This document shows positions 38,371-51,525 of a DNA stretch of 64,000 nt, in pieces. The stretch's first letter is position 1. Every line of letters begins with the position of its first letter. This DNA is from Lama glama (taxonomy: Eukaryota), in contig CM052818.1 in the NCBI GenBank assembly GCA_028534125.1, forward strand, positions 25,794,001 through 25,858,000, written 5' to 3'. The notes below the pieces were generated by a model. The model was not told the origin of the DNA, made no database searches, and was given only the letters and a program-made list of their open reading frames with translations. The position numbers and the translations under genes are program-made.

Positions 38371-41300
38371 TGCTAAATCATGTCGTTGCATTAAAAAGTA
38401 GATTGACCCTCAGCCTAGACCAGAGCCCTTTCTTCACTTCAAGCTAAGATGTATGACAATAGTAACAGTTGACATGCTAGGGCTTCCTCGTAAGTCATGC
38501 TGCTGCTCTCAAAAGGTGTAGCAGGTGCTCTATTTACTGTTAATACCTGGTGCTAGGAAACTTGGGTCCCAGAATTCCTGTTACAACCCCGACAGTGACT
38601 TTGTGACTAACCATAGGGAAGTCATCTATCTTTCTCTGGCCTGATTTTCCCCCATTTGCCAAATGTGACATCCTGAGGAGATAAAATGAGAGAATAAATT
38701 AAAACACATTCAGAAAAAAAAAACACACCACATTCAAGGTCCAAATACCCTGTGTCTCTGACTGGGGAGGTGAAGACTGGCTCATGGGTCTTGGTTTTTC
38801 ACTAACTTTTGGGGTGACCTGGAGTCAGTGGTCAAGCTGCCATTTCTTCATCTGAGCTAAATAGAGCTAGACCCTGAATGGAATCTCGGCCAGTTTAGCT
38901 GCCTCCCCATGCTTACTTGTAATTTGCAAGTTGCATTTAAAATTGTCTGCCGACTGCTTTAACATTCATTCTCGTTGATGTGTTTGTTTTTAAGGTCTTC
39001 CATTTATAAGCAGAGAATTCCATCAGCAGGCTGTTGGGCAGCAAAGGCTGGGGGTGGGGGCAGGGGGCTGCTGCTGCATCAGCCTTCATCTGGGGAGCAG
39101 TTTTTGGTTGCAAAGGAATGCTGTGACAGTTAGTGAGATGTCATTAGAGTACATAAATATAAACAGCTATGAAAACTAATTTTTGTGGTGATTAGGGACT
39201 GACTGATAGTAAGAGAGAATATTTAGCCCGGATCACTAGAATTATAAAACAGTTGACATGTATTGTCATTGTTACTTGTCCACAGCCGCACCTAGACTAG
39301 AAGGTGCGTTCGGGTGGGATCCATCTTTATCTTTTCGCCGATGTTCTCTCGCTGCTAGTAGAGGGGGCATTTAATGATTATTTGTTGAGTAAAATTATTG
39401 AATGCAATTGATGATAGACACGAATTGACTTAAAAATGTCATCTTTTGGATAAACTGGTTTCACCTTAAATCCATTTTGTGACAAAGCAGGGATAAGTAT
39501 GTTAATGAATGAGTAACTGAATAAACCAATGATCAGATGATAAATGAAACAGATAAATGAGAAAAAAAAGTACATCAGTAGCCTCTTGGCTTGTCCTGAT
39601 GGAATGAGGCTCTGGACATCCCCTGTTCTGAAGATTATTTTGGGCTCCACAGAGGTCCCTAGTAGTCAGCCCCATTTTGATGGAGACCAAGGGCATCAGC
39701 TTGACTTACACAGGAGCCCCTTGGACCAGACCCAAGTCAGAGAGGTCCTGATGGATGATGGCGGGAGCAGCGCCTGCCTTCTCAGGGGTGCTCCTTGTGG
39801 AGCGGTTCCTCATCTCCCTACAAGGGTTAGAGCCACACTCCGTGTCCCAAGAACATGTTCCCATCCCACAAAGGACCACATCCCAAAGGCTATCATTTTC
39901 CTCCATTTAATTCATCGAGGGGCCTTTCCCGTGGTATTCTGCTCTGCTCTGTAGACAGTGGGTAGGACCTGGTTACCCTAGTAAACGGGAACGGTCTCCA
40001 AGAGGTGAAAACTCTCGTGGTGCGAATGTCAGACCTGAGAGCCAGAGAAGGCATTTCTGGGAAGATGGGCCACCCATTCCTCCCTTCAACAGGTTAGTTG
40101 TTTACGTGTTAGATGCCAGGCCAGGTGCAACAGAAGATTAAATACAGACACAGACCGACATTCGTGTGCGCACACAACACGCACACTCCAGAACCTTACA
40201 GATGAATGGAGGAAGCCTTACAGATGCATAGATCATTATAATAAAGGCACTTTATAGTGAGAACAATCACTTTTTGTTTAAATAATGGTTTGCTGATTCC
40301 TATAAATAGCCTTTCTTGCCCTTCTTTTCTTCCCATTAACCTTTCTTTCCTGTCCACCTTTATCTGATTGCACTTTGCAGCTCGGGGCATTATACAGAAT
40401 GGTAGTTCCTGTGAAAAGGAAGAATAAGAAAAACAATAGCCTTTCAGTCCATTCTTGTAGGCAGGAAAACACTGGAGACTAGAAGGGTCACATGAGTCAG
40501 TGAACTGTTGCTCTTGGCAATTGAAATATTTAACTTACCATCTGAAACAGGGAGGTCAGGACTGCCCTGGAGCTCAGCTGAAAACCATGGGGTTATCTGA
40601 AGTCTGGGGCTAAGTCACCAGGACAGGAAAAGGAAAGGGGGGAGGGCAGGCAGCAGAGGCTCCAAGAGGGACTCAGCTTCTTTTCTCTGCTCTGCCATGT
40701 CCTGCATCAGACTTTGGGAAGTCACGTTGCTTCTCTGAACCTCAGTTTCTTCATTTGCAGCGTGGCCATAGTATCTACTCCATCCACCTCATAGGGTTGT
40801 TGTGAGGATAATGTTCATTTCGGCAGGACTAACTTTCTTGGTTCCCTGGAGAAGAGGTGAAGTAGACAAGTACCTGACACCCCTTGAAACTGGAGAAGTG
40901 ATTTAGTGATTTTGCTGTGAACCTTGTAAGGACACAAACAGCTTTCTCAGCATCCACTCTGCAGCAATGTACATGATTTAATTCAATCATTTCAACAGCC
41001 CCACAGGGAGGTATATTCTTCTCCCTTAGACCAAACCAAAGATCAGGAAAGGTGACTGCTACAGGATTCGAACTCAGGTCTGTCTGACTCAGAGCACATT
41101 CATTTCTCACTGTGCCCCACAGGCTCACACTTTAGATACAGGTGGATATGGAAATAAAACCTAGGCCTTCTCATTAAGTCACTGGGACCCTGTATACCCG
41201 AGTAGGCCATGGAGAGATAAGAGAGGAGACAGTGGGAGCTCTGGAAAAGAGACCTCACCTCAGGACTGTTTTGTGGAGACAGCTGAGGGCCCAGGAGAGG

Positions 41301-41840
41301 CCCGTGTCTATGAAATGGGCAACACATCTTTGTCCTCTTTCTTTCTCCAGTGTCTATTGAGGATGACCAGAGCCCACGGGCCATAGAACACATCTTCTTG
41401 GCCTCACACAGGGCTCTCGAAGCTGCCCTGCTGCCCTCCAGCAGTCGGGCCAGGTGGACACTTCTGGCGGGACCTAGCTGGGGAATGGCTTGAGGGCTGA
41501 GTCGGGGGAGTGGTGGGCGGGGGCAGGCTTCACTCTGACTCCCATTGTCGCAGTGCTGCCTCCTCCTTCTGGCCTGCTTTCTGATATCCCCAAGGCCTTT
41601 CCAAGTAGGGAGAGTGGAAGGACAGAGTGGATGTGGCCAATCAAGAAACGACATCCTCTAATCAGGTCACCCAGGCAGCCCCCTGTCTAACCCAGTTGGC
41701 GCTGAGCCTTTTGCCTGGGGCTCATTCTGTTTTGTAACAGTAAAGCTGACCTCAAGCTAGGCCACTCTGACCAGATCCTTGTTTGATCTACACAGGCACA
41801 GCAGCTGTCCCGGGGAGAGTTCTGTCCTGTTGGCAGGTCT

Positions 41841-41854
41841 CCAGAAGGGGGCGT
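41841..41854 (+). promoter_or_regulatory. Candidate CTCF motif
   Basis: CCAGAAGGGGGCGT is close to the CTCF core consensus. Confidence 0.4.
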
Positions 41855-42443
41855 TGCTGTTTAGCCAGGGGAGTCAGCAAATAGCCCTTCTCCTAGCTTG
41901 GGCTTCTTGGGTAACCTGCTGATGGGTTTTTCCTTGGGTACAGAAGGATCCAGATTTTCTAGAGATGTGTGAAAAAGAGCCTAAAGGAGTTTTATTATAA
42001 GAGAAGGCATCAGGTTGCTAAATAGAAGCTCATTATACAAAAATCAATTTGCATTTTTATGACCAATCACAGTGAGGAAGCAAAACTTTTAAAGCTAACA
42101 TTTATAAGAGAAACAAAAGCTATAAAGGACCAGAAATAAAGCTAATGAAATATATGCATAATCTTTATGAATAAAATTATAAAACTTCACTTATTTAGGT
42201 ATTCTTTGATAGATAAGATGTGTTCATGATACACAGATTCACTGTCAAAAGATTTCAATTCTTGCTAAATTAATCTATAAATTCTAGGTGAATCCAACTA
42301 AATCAAGACAGGATATTTTGTGTAACTAGATAGATGATTCTAGCTTGCTGCCAAAAAGCAAAGGGCCAAAATAACTATGAAATTTTGAAGAAAACAAGAT
42401 GAGTGACTTGCCTAATAAGACTTATTAAATTAAGGCAGTGTGG

Positions 42444-42598
42444 GGCAAGGGTGTAGCTCCAGTGGTAGAGTGTGTGCTTAGCATGCACAAGGTCCTGGGT
42501 TCAATTCTCAGTACCTCCTCTAAAAATAAATAAACCTAATTACCCCCTGACCAAAATAAAAAATAAGTAATACAATAATAAATATATTTTTTAAAAAG
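42444..42598 (+). mobile_element. tRNA-derived SINE (Vic-1 type) with 14-bp TSD
   Basis: GTGTAGCTCCAGTGGTAGAG...GGTTCAATTCTCAG. TSD TTAAGGCAGTGTGG at 42430-42443 and 42599-42612. Confidence 0.92.
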
Positions 42599-43021
42599 TT
42601 AAGGCAGTGTGGAATTAGCCCAGAAAGAGACAGACAGACCCTGGAACTAGCCCCCAGGCAGGTTCCTGTTCATGTGAAGACTTGATACATGACAGAGGCA
42701 ACATGCAGATCTGTATAGAAAGAACCAACTATTCAGTGAATGGCACTGGGAATTCAGGAAGCCGTGTAGAAAACCAAAACCAAAACAATCCATTAAATTC
42801 TAGGTGAAAATTTTCAGCAGCAGAACTTTAGGACTTTTAGGAGAAAATATAGAAAACTTTCAAGATCATAGTGTAGGCAATAATATCTGAAAACACAAAA
42901 AGTACACCACCATAAAGAAAAATAGTGATACATTTGTCTGCATTAAAATGTAAAGCTGCTTTTCATCAAAAGAGGCCATAAGGGAAAGATAAAAAATACA
43001 CAGACACGAACCAGGAGAAGC

Positions 43022-43509
43022 TGTTGGTGACAGGGCAGCCTAAGGCGTGTGCTGCTCGGTCTCCCTTCAGGAGAGAAGCACCAGCCTGGTGTGTGATTGG
43101 CTGACAGCCTGTAGCTGCTGCACTTTCAAGATCCACCATGTTTGAGCCCAGGCCATGCTTCCCCTTGGCCCGATCCCCACCAGTGACTGAGCATGGTGGG
43201 AGAACCTGAGCTGAGCCATTCTTGCCCAGTGCTGGTCTCCTTCAAAAGGCAAACTTTCTTCTGGGGCTGCTCCTTAGCCTGACCGAGACTTTCTCAGAAC
43301 TGCCTTGCTGATGGATGCTCTCCCTACCCAGCCCTCCTTTCTTCTCTCTGGTCACCGGTATCAAGATCTGCATTGGGGTCTGAAGGCTCTTCCCAACCAA
43401 GTACTCCAGCTCCTTTTCCCATTACCCTTTAGGAGCATTGACCCCCAATAATTGGCTTGCACTTCTCATTCTCTCTTGGTGTCTGCTTCTTGGAGGACCT
43501 GAACAGACA
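43022..43509 (+). mobile_element. ERVL solo LTR (LTR16-like) inserted into L1
   Basis: TG start and a GC-richer block interrupting A-rich L1. Ends cttggtgtctgcttcttggaggacctgaacagaca, a typical LTR16 3' end. Confidence 0.7.
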
Positions 43510-45167
43510 TAGCCTATAAATCACGGAGGGCTAGTGACCAGAATGCATATGTAAAAACAAATAACTCAATAGAAAATTAGGCCAAAGATACAGATGGGAA
43601 ATACACAGAAGAAATCTAAAAGGCCAGTAAATGCACAAAAAAGTGCCTGATCTCCCTAGTAGTCAGGGTAATGTAAATTACAGCAAACCAGACACCAATT
43701 CATACTCATAAGATTGGTGAAAACCAAAAACATTTGATGAAGTCTTGGGGAAGATGTGGAGCAACAGGAATACATATGCCTTTGGGTGGGGTGGGATGGG
43801 TAGTAAGCTGATGTGACCATTTTGTACAGTTTAGTAATTACTCGTTTAGTAAAGATGGGCCCATCTTTAGATCTTCCCACATGTGCATAAGCATACACAC
43901 AGAATACACTGCAGAATTATTTGAAAGAAGAGAAGAACTGAGAACAACCTCAATGTCCAGCAAGAGAAAAAGACATTGTGAAACAGACGTGCTACAGAAG
44001 ATCACACAGCTGTGACAATAAATAAACCACAGCAAAAACTTCCACATGGAGTGGAAGTGAAAAACTGACTTCTGGCTGTGAAAAGTCCTAATAATATATA
44101 CTTTATTTATTTTAAAAAGTTAAAAAAAAACAGAGACAGGAATAGGAAAAAGAGGCTTGTTTATCTTCTAGTCTATATGAACTAAGTTTACAAGGACTTT
44201 TGATGTGATTTGTCTTGGCTTCACTAACTGCTGAAGGAAACTAATAATGATTTTGTAAATCTTTCCTCTATTAAAAACAGATGGAAAGGGGTCATTTGTT
44301 AACATTTTTTTTTTTTCTCATCAGTCCTAGCAGCTGTTGAAGTTGCTAGAAGTTTGATAGTACTGTCTTGAATGTCTGCCCTGTGTGGGTCTGGCATTCA
44401 GGAGTACATAGGAAGGAAAGGGAGATGGGGAGGGGGCTTTGGTGGGGGAAGAGGAGGGGTAGGGGTGGGGGGCGGTGGGGGCTGCCACACTGGCCCGGCC
44501 TTCATCTAGCCTGAGGCTGACGGTCCAGCTGCTGCCTCATGTGTGCTGTCCTGGAATTCCTATTATGTCGCAGGAATCTGGCTCTGGCCAGCGATGAAAT
44601 TACAGACAACAGTGTCCAGCCTCACCCATGTGACCCTAGAGGGGAACCTCTCTTCTGGATCCCTGCTTCGGAAAACCTGCCAGGACTTTCTGCCAGGGCC
44701 TTGTCCCCAGTTGCCTTCCTGATCTGGGACTGATAGACAAGCCTTGAGCTGTTTACTGGCCCCTTCCTTCCCCTAATAAAGTGTCCCTCTTCTGACTTTG
44801 TCTCTACGCTCTTCAATCAGGCCAACAATAGGTAGTAAACACTAAGAAAACAAGACCTGGGCTAGAGTTGAACATAGGCAAACCAGATCAGGTCTGAGAC
44901 ACAAAGAGTTTTCAATCAGAGGAGTAATTTTATTTTTAAAAATTCTATTCAGAAAATACTTATTGAGCCTTATGAGGTACTTGGGGGACAATATGGAACC
45001 AGATTCTGACCTTGTCCTCAAGGCAGGTAAAGCTCAGAGAAGACAGGCCTGTGACAGGCAGTTACGAAAGGATGGAACAAGGGCTGGGATGGATAAGAGC
45101 AGTGTACTTGTGCCCACTGGAGCCGGAAGGGAGATGCTGGTGCGGTGGTGTTGGGTGGGAAGAGGTG

Positions 45168-45630
45168 TGTGGTAGGCAGAGTAATGGCCCGCAGAGGTCC
45201 ATTTCCTAATCCCCAGGGCCTGTGTTACCTGACAAGGCAAAAAGGACTTTGCAGATGGGATTAAATTCAGGATTTTGAGATGGAGGATTATCCTGAATTA
45301 TCTGGGTGGCCCCAAGGTGATCACATGAATTCTTAAAAAGATGGATGAAGAAGGCAGATAAAGCCAGAAGGTTGAAGATGCTGGGCTGCTGGCGTTCAGG
45401 ATGGAGGAAGCAACCAGGAGCCAAGGAGTGCAGGCAACTGGACAATGTCAAAGGGACTGATTCCCCCTAAAGCCTCTGGAAGGAATGCAGCCCTGCTGAC
45501 ACATTCATTTTAGCTCAGTGAAACCCACTTTAAACTTCTGATCTCCAGAACTGCAAGATAATGAGTCTGTGCTGTTTTAAATCACTGAGTTTGTAGTAAT
45601 TTGTTACAGCAGCCATAGGAAACTAACATA
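45168..45630 (+). mobile_element. MLT1D-type MaLR solo LTR with perfect 5-bp TSD
   Basis: tgtggtaggcagagtaatggccc...gtaatttgttacagcagccataggaaactaacata. AGGTG at 45163-45167 and 45631-45635. Confidence 0.9.
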
Positions 45631-47471
45631 AGGTGAATAGGTTCTAGAATGATTCAGTAAATAATTTCCTTAGGGAGAGTAGGTGAGAAAAAGGCCTCAC
45701 GGGATGTCTGGGTCCGGCAAGTTGAATTGAGGTCCTGTCTCCTGAGCTCAGGTTCACTGGAGAGGGGTAGGGGAGGAGAGATGGTGATACACTCGGTTTT
45801 GGATGTGTCACGTTAGGTTTGTGTGTCCATGAGTGTCAAGGTAAAGATGTCCAGTAAGCAGTTGTCTGCTCCAGGAAACTGGCCTGGAGATCGGGTTGTC
45901 ATGGTAACTGAAGTCCTGGGGCACAAGAGATAACCCACAGTGAGTGACACTGGGGGGAGAACTGAGGACAGAGCCCGACATCGGAGGGAAAAATCTCTTT
46001 ATAGATAGAGACAGAACAGAACATACCTCCAGTGAGTTCTTTTTTGTTCTGTAAACATTTCTATTCTTGTATCCTCTTTGCCCCCAGGATTCTTGCAAAA
46101 CCTCCTCTTGTGTATGAGTGGGCAGATTTTCGTTCTACACTCCTGGATTCTCCCTTTTATTCCAGTTCATGGCGTCTCAGACACATAAGGGGGTTTAAAA
46201 TGTCCCTAGGCTCCAGCTCCCACTCTTCCTTCAAGCAGAGCAGCCCCGTTCCTCCTGGTTGGGGACGTCAGCGTCTGCACAGACAGTCTGTGTGGCGGGA
46301 GTGTGCCCAGCTGTCTCGGCAAGCCTGCTCTCCCAAGCAGCACCCACGAGCCTAGAAAGGCCTTAGGGCTGCCTGATTGTCCAAGTAAACTCCCTGGCCT
46401 CCCTCCTCCCTGGCCTCCCTTCTCCCCACCCTGCTGTGTCCCTCCCGTCCCTGCCTGACCTTACCTGCTCTCTTCTCTCGGGTTCTCCTGCTCAGATTTT
46501 GGCCCCGTCGTAAGGAGGCCACCTTCCTGACTCTGCTCCTGGCACTGAACCTTAGCTTAATTTGATTGTTTCAGGATTAGAGCACCCCAGCCCTGCTCCC
46601 TGGCTTTTGTATGTACTGTTCTCTCTGCCTGTTACATCCTTCTGGAAACAGCCACCAGGTCTGCCTGCCTCAACTTTCTAAGCGCTTCTGCAGGATTCTG
46701 TCTTCACTCTGACAGCTAGGTGAGCTCGCGCAGGCTGACGCGCAGCGCACTTAGCAGCCGCAGGTGAATAGCTGTGCTCAGACCCGTGTGCTTCCCTCGC
46801 GTAAGGAACCCTCCTCCTCGGTTAGCTGGCTCCAGGCCCCCGTCACTTCCTCCTCTCCACGTGCCAGAGGCCGCAGGGATCACATGCCTCGGCCTCCCTG
46901 ACCGATACCTGTCTTTGGCCTCACATATCTTGCTTGACAACGTGAGCCAGACAGGAAGGAATGGCCTCTGTCTTGGAATGTTCTGGCAAGCCCAGAACCC
47001 AGAGAGAGCCAGAAGGAATGTGTGGCCGGGGGGAAGGAGGGGTATGGGGCTAAAAGGTGACAGTGGGACGGAGTCTCCCGGGCTATAAAATTCCATCTTC
47101 CCCAGGGGTTGGTGGGGGGCCTTGCGGTTGAGAACTGCTAGGGGGACTGAACCTGAAAGTGAAAAGGAAACGGGGAAGCACGTGAACAGTCTCAGCTGTC
47201 ACCCTCCTGTCATGGGCCACCCTCTGAGTTCTGGTTTCCCAAGGGAAGGACCTGGACCAGCTGGGGCAGGTCTTAAGGCTACTTCTCAGTTGCCTGGCCA
47301 ATCCAGACGGCTCCGAGGGAGCCACATGCAACCCAGCTTTTTGTTTACTTTGCTGGACCACCCCGAGCCTAGAAAAGCAGCAGATCCAGTGAGTCCAATT
47401 ACAAATTTGGCCCCTTGCACCTCCTCCTCACCCTCAAGGCTAAAAGAGTTGACTCAAAATATGCATGATAA

Positions 47472-47981
47472 TGGAAACAGCCTAAATGTCCATCAACTGA
47501 TGACTGGATAGAGAAGATGTAGTATATTTATACAATGGAATACTACTCAGCCATAAAAACCGACAACATAACGCCCTTTGCAGCAACATGGATGCTCTTG
47601 GAGAGTGTCATTCTAAGTGAAGTAAGCCAGAAAGAGAGACAAAAATACCATATGAGATCATTCATATGTGAAATCTTAAAAAAAAATCATAAGTACAAAA
47701 CAGAAACAGACTCATAGACATAGAATACAAACTTGTGGTTGCCCGGGGGCTGGGGGGTGGGAAGGGACAGACTGGGATTTCAAAATGTAGAATAGATAAA
47801 CAAGATTGTACTGTGTAGCACGAGGAAATTTATACAGGATCTTGTGGTGGCTCACAGCGAAAGGGAATGTGACAATAAATGTATGTATGTTCATGTGTAA
47901 CTGAAAAATTGTGCTCTACACTGGAATTTGACACAACATTATAAAATGACTATTACTCAATAAAAAAAAAAAGTTAAAAAA
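47472..47981 (+). mobile_element. Young 5'-truncated L1 with TSD
   Basis: ORF2 end (MEYYSAIK...FAATWMLLESVILSEVSQKE), 3' UTR, AATAAA and A tail. TSD ATGCATGATAA at 47461-47471 and 47982-47992. Confidence 0.93.
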
Positions 47982-48111
47982 ATGCATGATAACCCCAGCA
48001 ACGCTGAGCTACATGTCAGTGAAAGTTTAAACACAAAAGCCAAACAGAGATGGATGAAGAGCAAAAAGATGAATGATTTAGGACTTTTCTAGGGCAGTGG
48101 GCCTGCTGAGG

Positions 48112-48281
48112 AGTGGTTCTCAAGCAGGCCTACATCAGCATTGCCAGAATGGGTTGCTGGCCCCACCCCTAAAGTTTCTGCTGCTCTGGGTCTGGGGTCA
48201 GATGGAGCATCCGTAGTTCTAACAAGCTCCCAGGAGATATTGATGCTGCTGGTCCAGCAACCCCTGTTTCAGGAACCACTG
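48112..48281 (+). mobile_element. MER5A-like
   Basis: agtggttctcaag...gctggccccacccctaaagtttctg...tctaacaagctcccaggagatattgatgctgctggtcc...gaaccactg. Confidence 0.7.
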
Positions 48282-50196
48282 GTTTTTTAACAGCTAAAGA
48301 AGCTTATTTAGAGAGAAAGTCAAACAAACAAACAATAAACAGAACACAAGGTACTACTGTATGAAAACTTGGTCTCAGGACAGTTACAAGTAGAAGGGTA
48401 GAAGGCTTCCAGACACTTCTTATTGCCCCTTGTATGATAGTCATGTTCTTCCAGAATCATCCAAGGTCAAGGAGGAATGGCTTTTCCAAAAGGGGTGCTC
48501 TGGGATTCCCAGCCTTTCCCCCTTTGGGCTCCCACAGTGTCCCTCCCACACAGTGTCTATGCATCCACCCTCCTGGGGCACAGCCAAGGACCGACGAATC
48601 TCACAAATCTCAGGGCACAGTACATCTAAGACTATGGGATTCGGAGGTTAGAGGGATCAGCTTGTATTAACCAATGATATTACTGAGCTATTTCCCAACC
48701 TTCCCTATCTCCTGCCCTTCTCTACTCCCATAGCCTAACTTTTAAGTCTCGTGTCTCCTAAAAGCTGACTTTAAAAGCCAGTGTTTCTCCCCCGCGTTTC
48801 CCCGAGAACATGCACACACGCTTCTCGGTGAAGACTGAGTTCTTGCCTTTGCCCTTAATTCCCGAGATGAGTCCAGATACTTTTCTGCTTGGGCTCCATG
48901 TCTGCCCTCTGATTTCACTCCAACGTCATTCTCCCACAGGCTCAAACAGCCTCAGTTCCCTCCCGGGAGACTTCCTGAGCTGGTCTTTGCCATCTCTTCC
49001 CCACTCGGAGATGACAGCATCAGGCTCCTCCCCTCCAGAGAATTCTCAGCCCTGCCCCAGCACGCGACCCCTCAAGTGCCGTGGCTACTTTAGACCACTT
49101 GGCAGTGTGAGAAAGGCTCTCTCTCCCCCCTGGGAATGAGCTCTCACGTTCTAGGCAATAGGCACTCAAAGGCAACCTCTCCTTCTCTCCCTGCAAGGCC
49201 GGATTAAACATTTGGTGGAGGGAGGCGGGTGGAGGGGTGGGATCATTTGCTAATGAAGTATTCATCATGGGAAAAATCAGATCCTTGTCTTCCTCCCTTT
49301 ATAATTTAAAAAAAAATTGCAGTTTAGTGTTGTTTTTACTTGGGATAAGGTTTCTTAATTGATTCTGTATTTACGCTCTCTAAAGGTCTTAATCAGGTCC
49401 TGACCACCGCTGCTGGATTATCAAATCTTGTGAGTGACTACAGGCTGTGTTTTAGTGAGAGAAATTTATGCATCGCTTAGCAGGCTGTTTTGGTTTTTCA
49501 CTGGCTCACGTATTTGTTGGAAGAGGGACTGGATTACGCTCCTGTGGTCCCACAGGCCTTGGCTTCGCTGTATGATGGGATTCACAGTAACAATATCATG
49601 CCTCATACAGACTTTGCTCCAGAAAATATTGAAATTTTAAAAATATTTTTGTGATTGGAAAAGGTAAAATCTGCAAAACGTTTTTGACCTCCACAGAGAA
49701 AACCTCACCGCCTGTGTCCCTTACTCGCATACAAAGAGTAATTCTCTCCTGGAGGAAGATGCTGTCAGTCCCAGGTCAGGGCCTGCGCAGCTGGGGAGCA
49801 ATGCGGGGACTCTCGATCCGTCTTTCCTGACCCAGAGCCTTCCTGGGATTGCGTGTTTGCGTCCTTGGTGAGGCTCGGATGTACTGCTTCTTACCTCCTG
49901 TTCCACCGGTCAGTTGTTAGGATTCACTTGTGAAGCAGCTATGGAAGCCAGGCCGGCAGAGCCCAGGGTTCGGCTTGGGATCTGATTCAAGGACAGACGT
50001 CTCTGTGCCATATGAGTAAATACCAAGAACTGGTCACTCCTGCTTATGGCTCACATCTAGGGGTTAGGAAGTCCAAACTCAGAGCCAAAGATGTCACTCT
50101 GGCCACACATGAAGGCTGTCTGTCAGTGACAGACACCGCGGCCGAGTGTGGCATTCCAACCAGCAGCCGACTCAACACACAGAGCCACTCACAGTG

Positions 50197-50410
50197 CAGA
50201 CACTAACTTCTAGATAAAAAAACAAACAACAGAGTCCTACTGTACAGCCCAGGGAACTCTATTCAAGGTCTTGTAATAACCTTTAATGAAAAAGAATATA
50301 TACATATATATATATATATTTATATATATATATGTATAACTGAACCTCTATGCTGTACACCAGAAACTAACACAACATTGCAAACTGACTATACTTGAAT
50401 TAAAAAAAAA
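50197..50410 (+). mobile_element. Short L1 3' end with internal (TA)n
   Basis: gtcctactgtacagcccagggaactctattcaa...tgtataactgaacctctatgctgtacaccagaaactaacacaacattg...A tail. Confidence 0.85.
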
Positions 50411-51289
50411 TGTATATAAAAATGCAGTGGGACCCTCTCCCTTTCCCTCTCCAGTCCTTCTGCTCCAGAGGAGACTCGTCTTGGGGTCACCAGGTGATCA
50501 TCTCTGGGCAGTTGACATTAGAACCACTGCAGAAGCACTGAGTGATGCGTGGTGGAGACCCCCAGCCCTTTGCTGCACGGACGGCTCAGCTCGGGCCAGG
50601 CCGCCAGGGTTCGGGGCTCACTTGTTCAGATTGCTCCCTCAGAAAACTCAGAGTGAGGTCACTTGGGCTGGGCGTGTGCCCTCCCCGCTCTCGGCCCACC
50701 AGCTGGGTCAGGGCCCGCTGGTTCCAGTGAGGGGCTCTGCAGAGGAGAGCAGGCTACATTCTGGAAATTAAACTCCTCTTAAAATGTCCACCTCGTTGTG
50801 AACTCCAGGTGAGGGGTTTCTGTGCTCCCAGCCAGGAAAATGAAAGACAAAAGAAAAGCTGGGCAATCACTCCTTTAAAGGAGGTGAGAGCAAAAACCAT
50901 TCTCTGTGCTTTGCAGGGGAGCTCTTCAGGCCCAGAGTGATTTCTTGTCCTGGTTCCGTGACTCGTGTGTGCTCAGGCCCCCTCCACGGTCAGGGGCATG
51001 CCTGGAAGTTGTGGAGTACAGGGTTTTTCTGGGACGCAGCAAATAAAGCAGTCCCCGTGATTGTGTGACAGGTCATTATGATGGTCTTTCCTTTTGGAGG
51101 AGACCGAGGCTCTGTGGCAGGAGGGAGCTGCACGAGGCCCCACAGTACAGATGCAGCTGAATGAAGGCCTAGCACTGGCCTTAAGGGAGGAGGACCCCCC
51201 AGCAAAGGTTCCATTCTGATGTGCACAGGAGGGCTATGGGCACCCACACAATGTGCTTCTGGCCAGAGGAACATGTTGCTCTGAAAAAC

Positions 51290-51525
51290 AGTAGTCATTT
51301 ATTGAGCATTTACTATATGCGAGGCACTGTTCTAGGCACTTGACATGTGCCAACTTCGTTAACAACCCCATGAAGCAGGAACTATTATTATCCTCCCCAC
51401 TTTACAGATGAGAAAACTGAGGCACAGGAAGCTAGGTCATTTGTTCAAGGGCACCTCATGTGAAGGAAGTGCCAGAGCCACAGTCTGAGCCCAGTGAAGT
51501 CTGACTCCAGAGCTGGTGCTCTTAC
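51290..51525 (-). mobile_element. MIR SINE
   Basis: Core cccactttacagatgagaaaactgaggcacag...tctgactccagagc. Other MIR remnants lie near 300-400, 12570-12790, 16780-16980, 20560-20700, 30960-31150 and 60120-60260. Confidence 0.8.

Larger units (their letters stand above)
41980..44130 (+). mobile_element. Old L1 ORF2/3' fragments hosting a SINE and an LTR
   Basis: A-rich degraded L1 motifs (aaattaatctataaattc, gcattaaaatgtaaagctgcttttcatcaaaaga, ggggaagatgtggagcaacaggaa). Confidence 0.7.
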
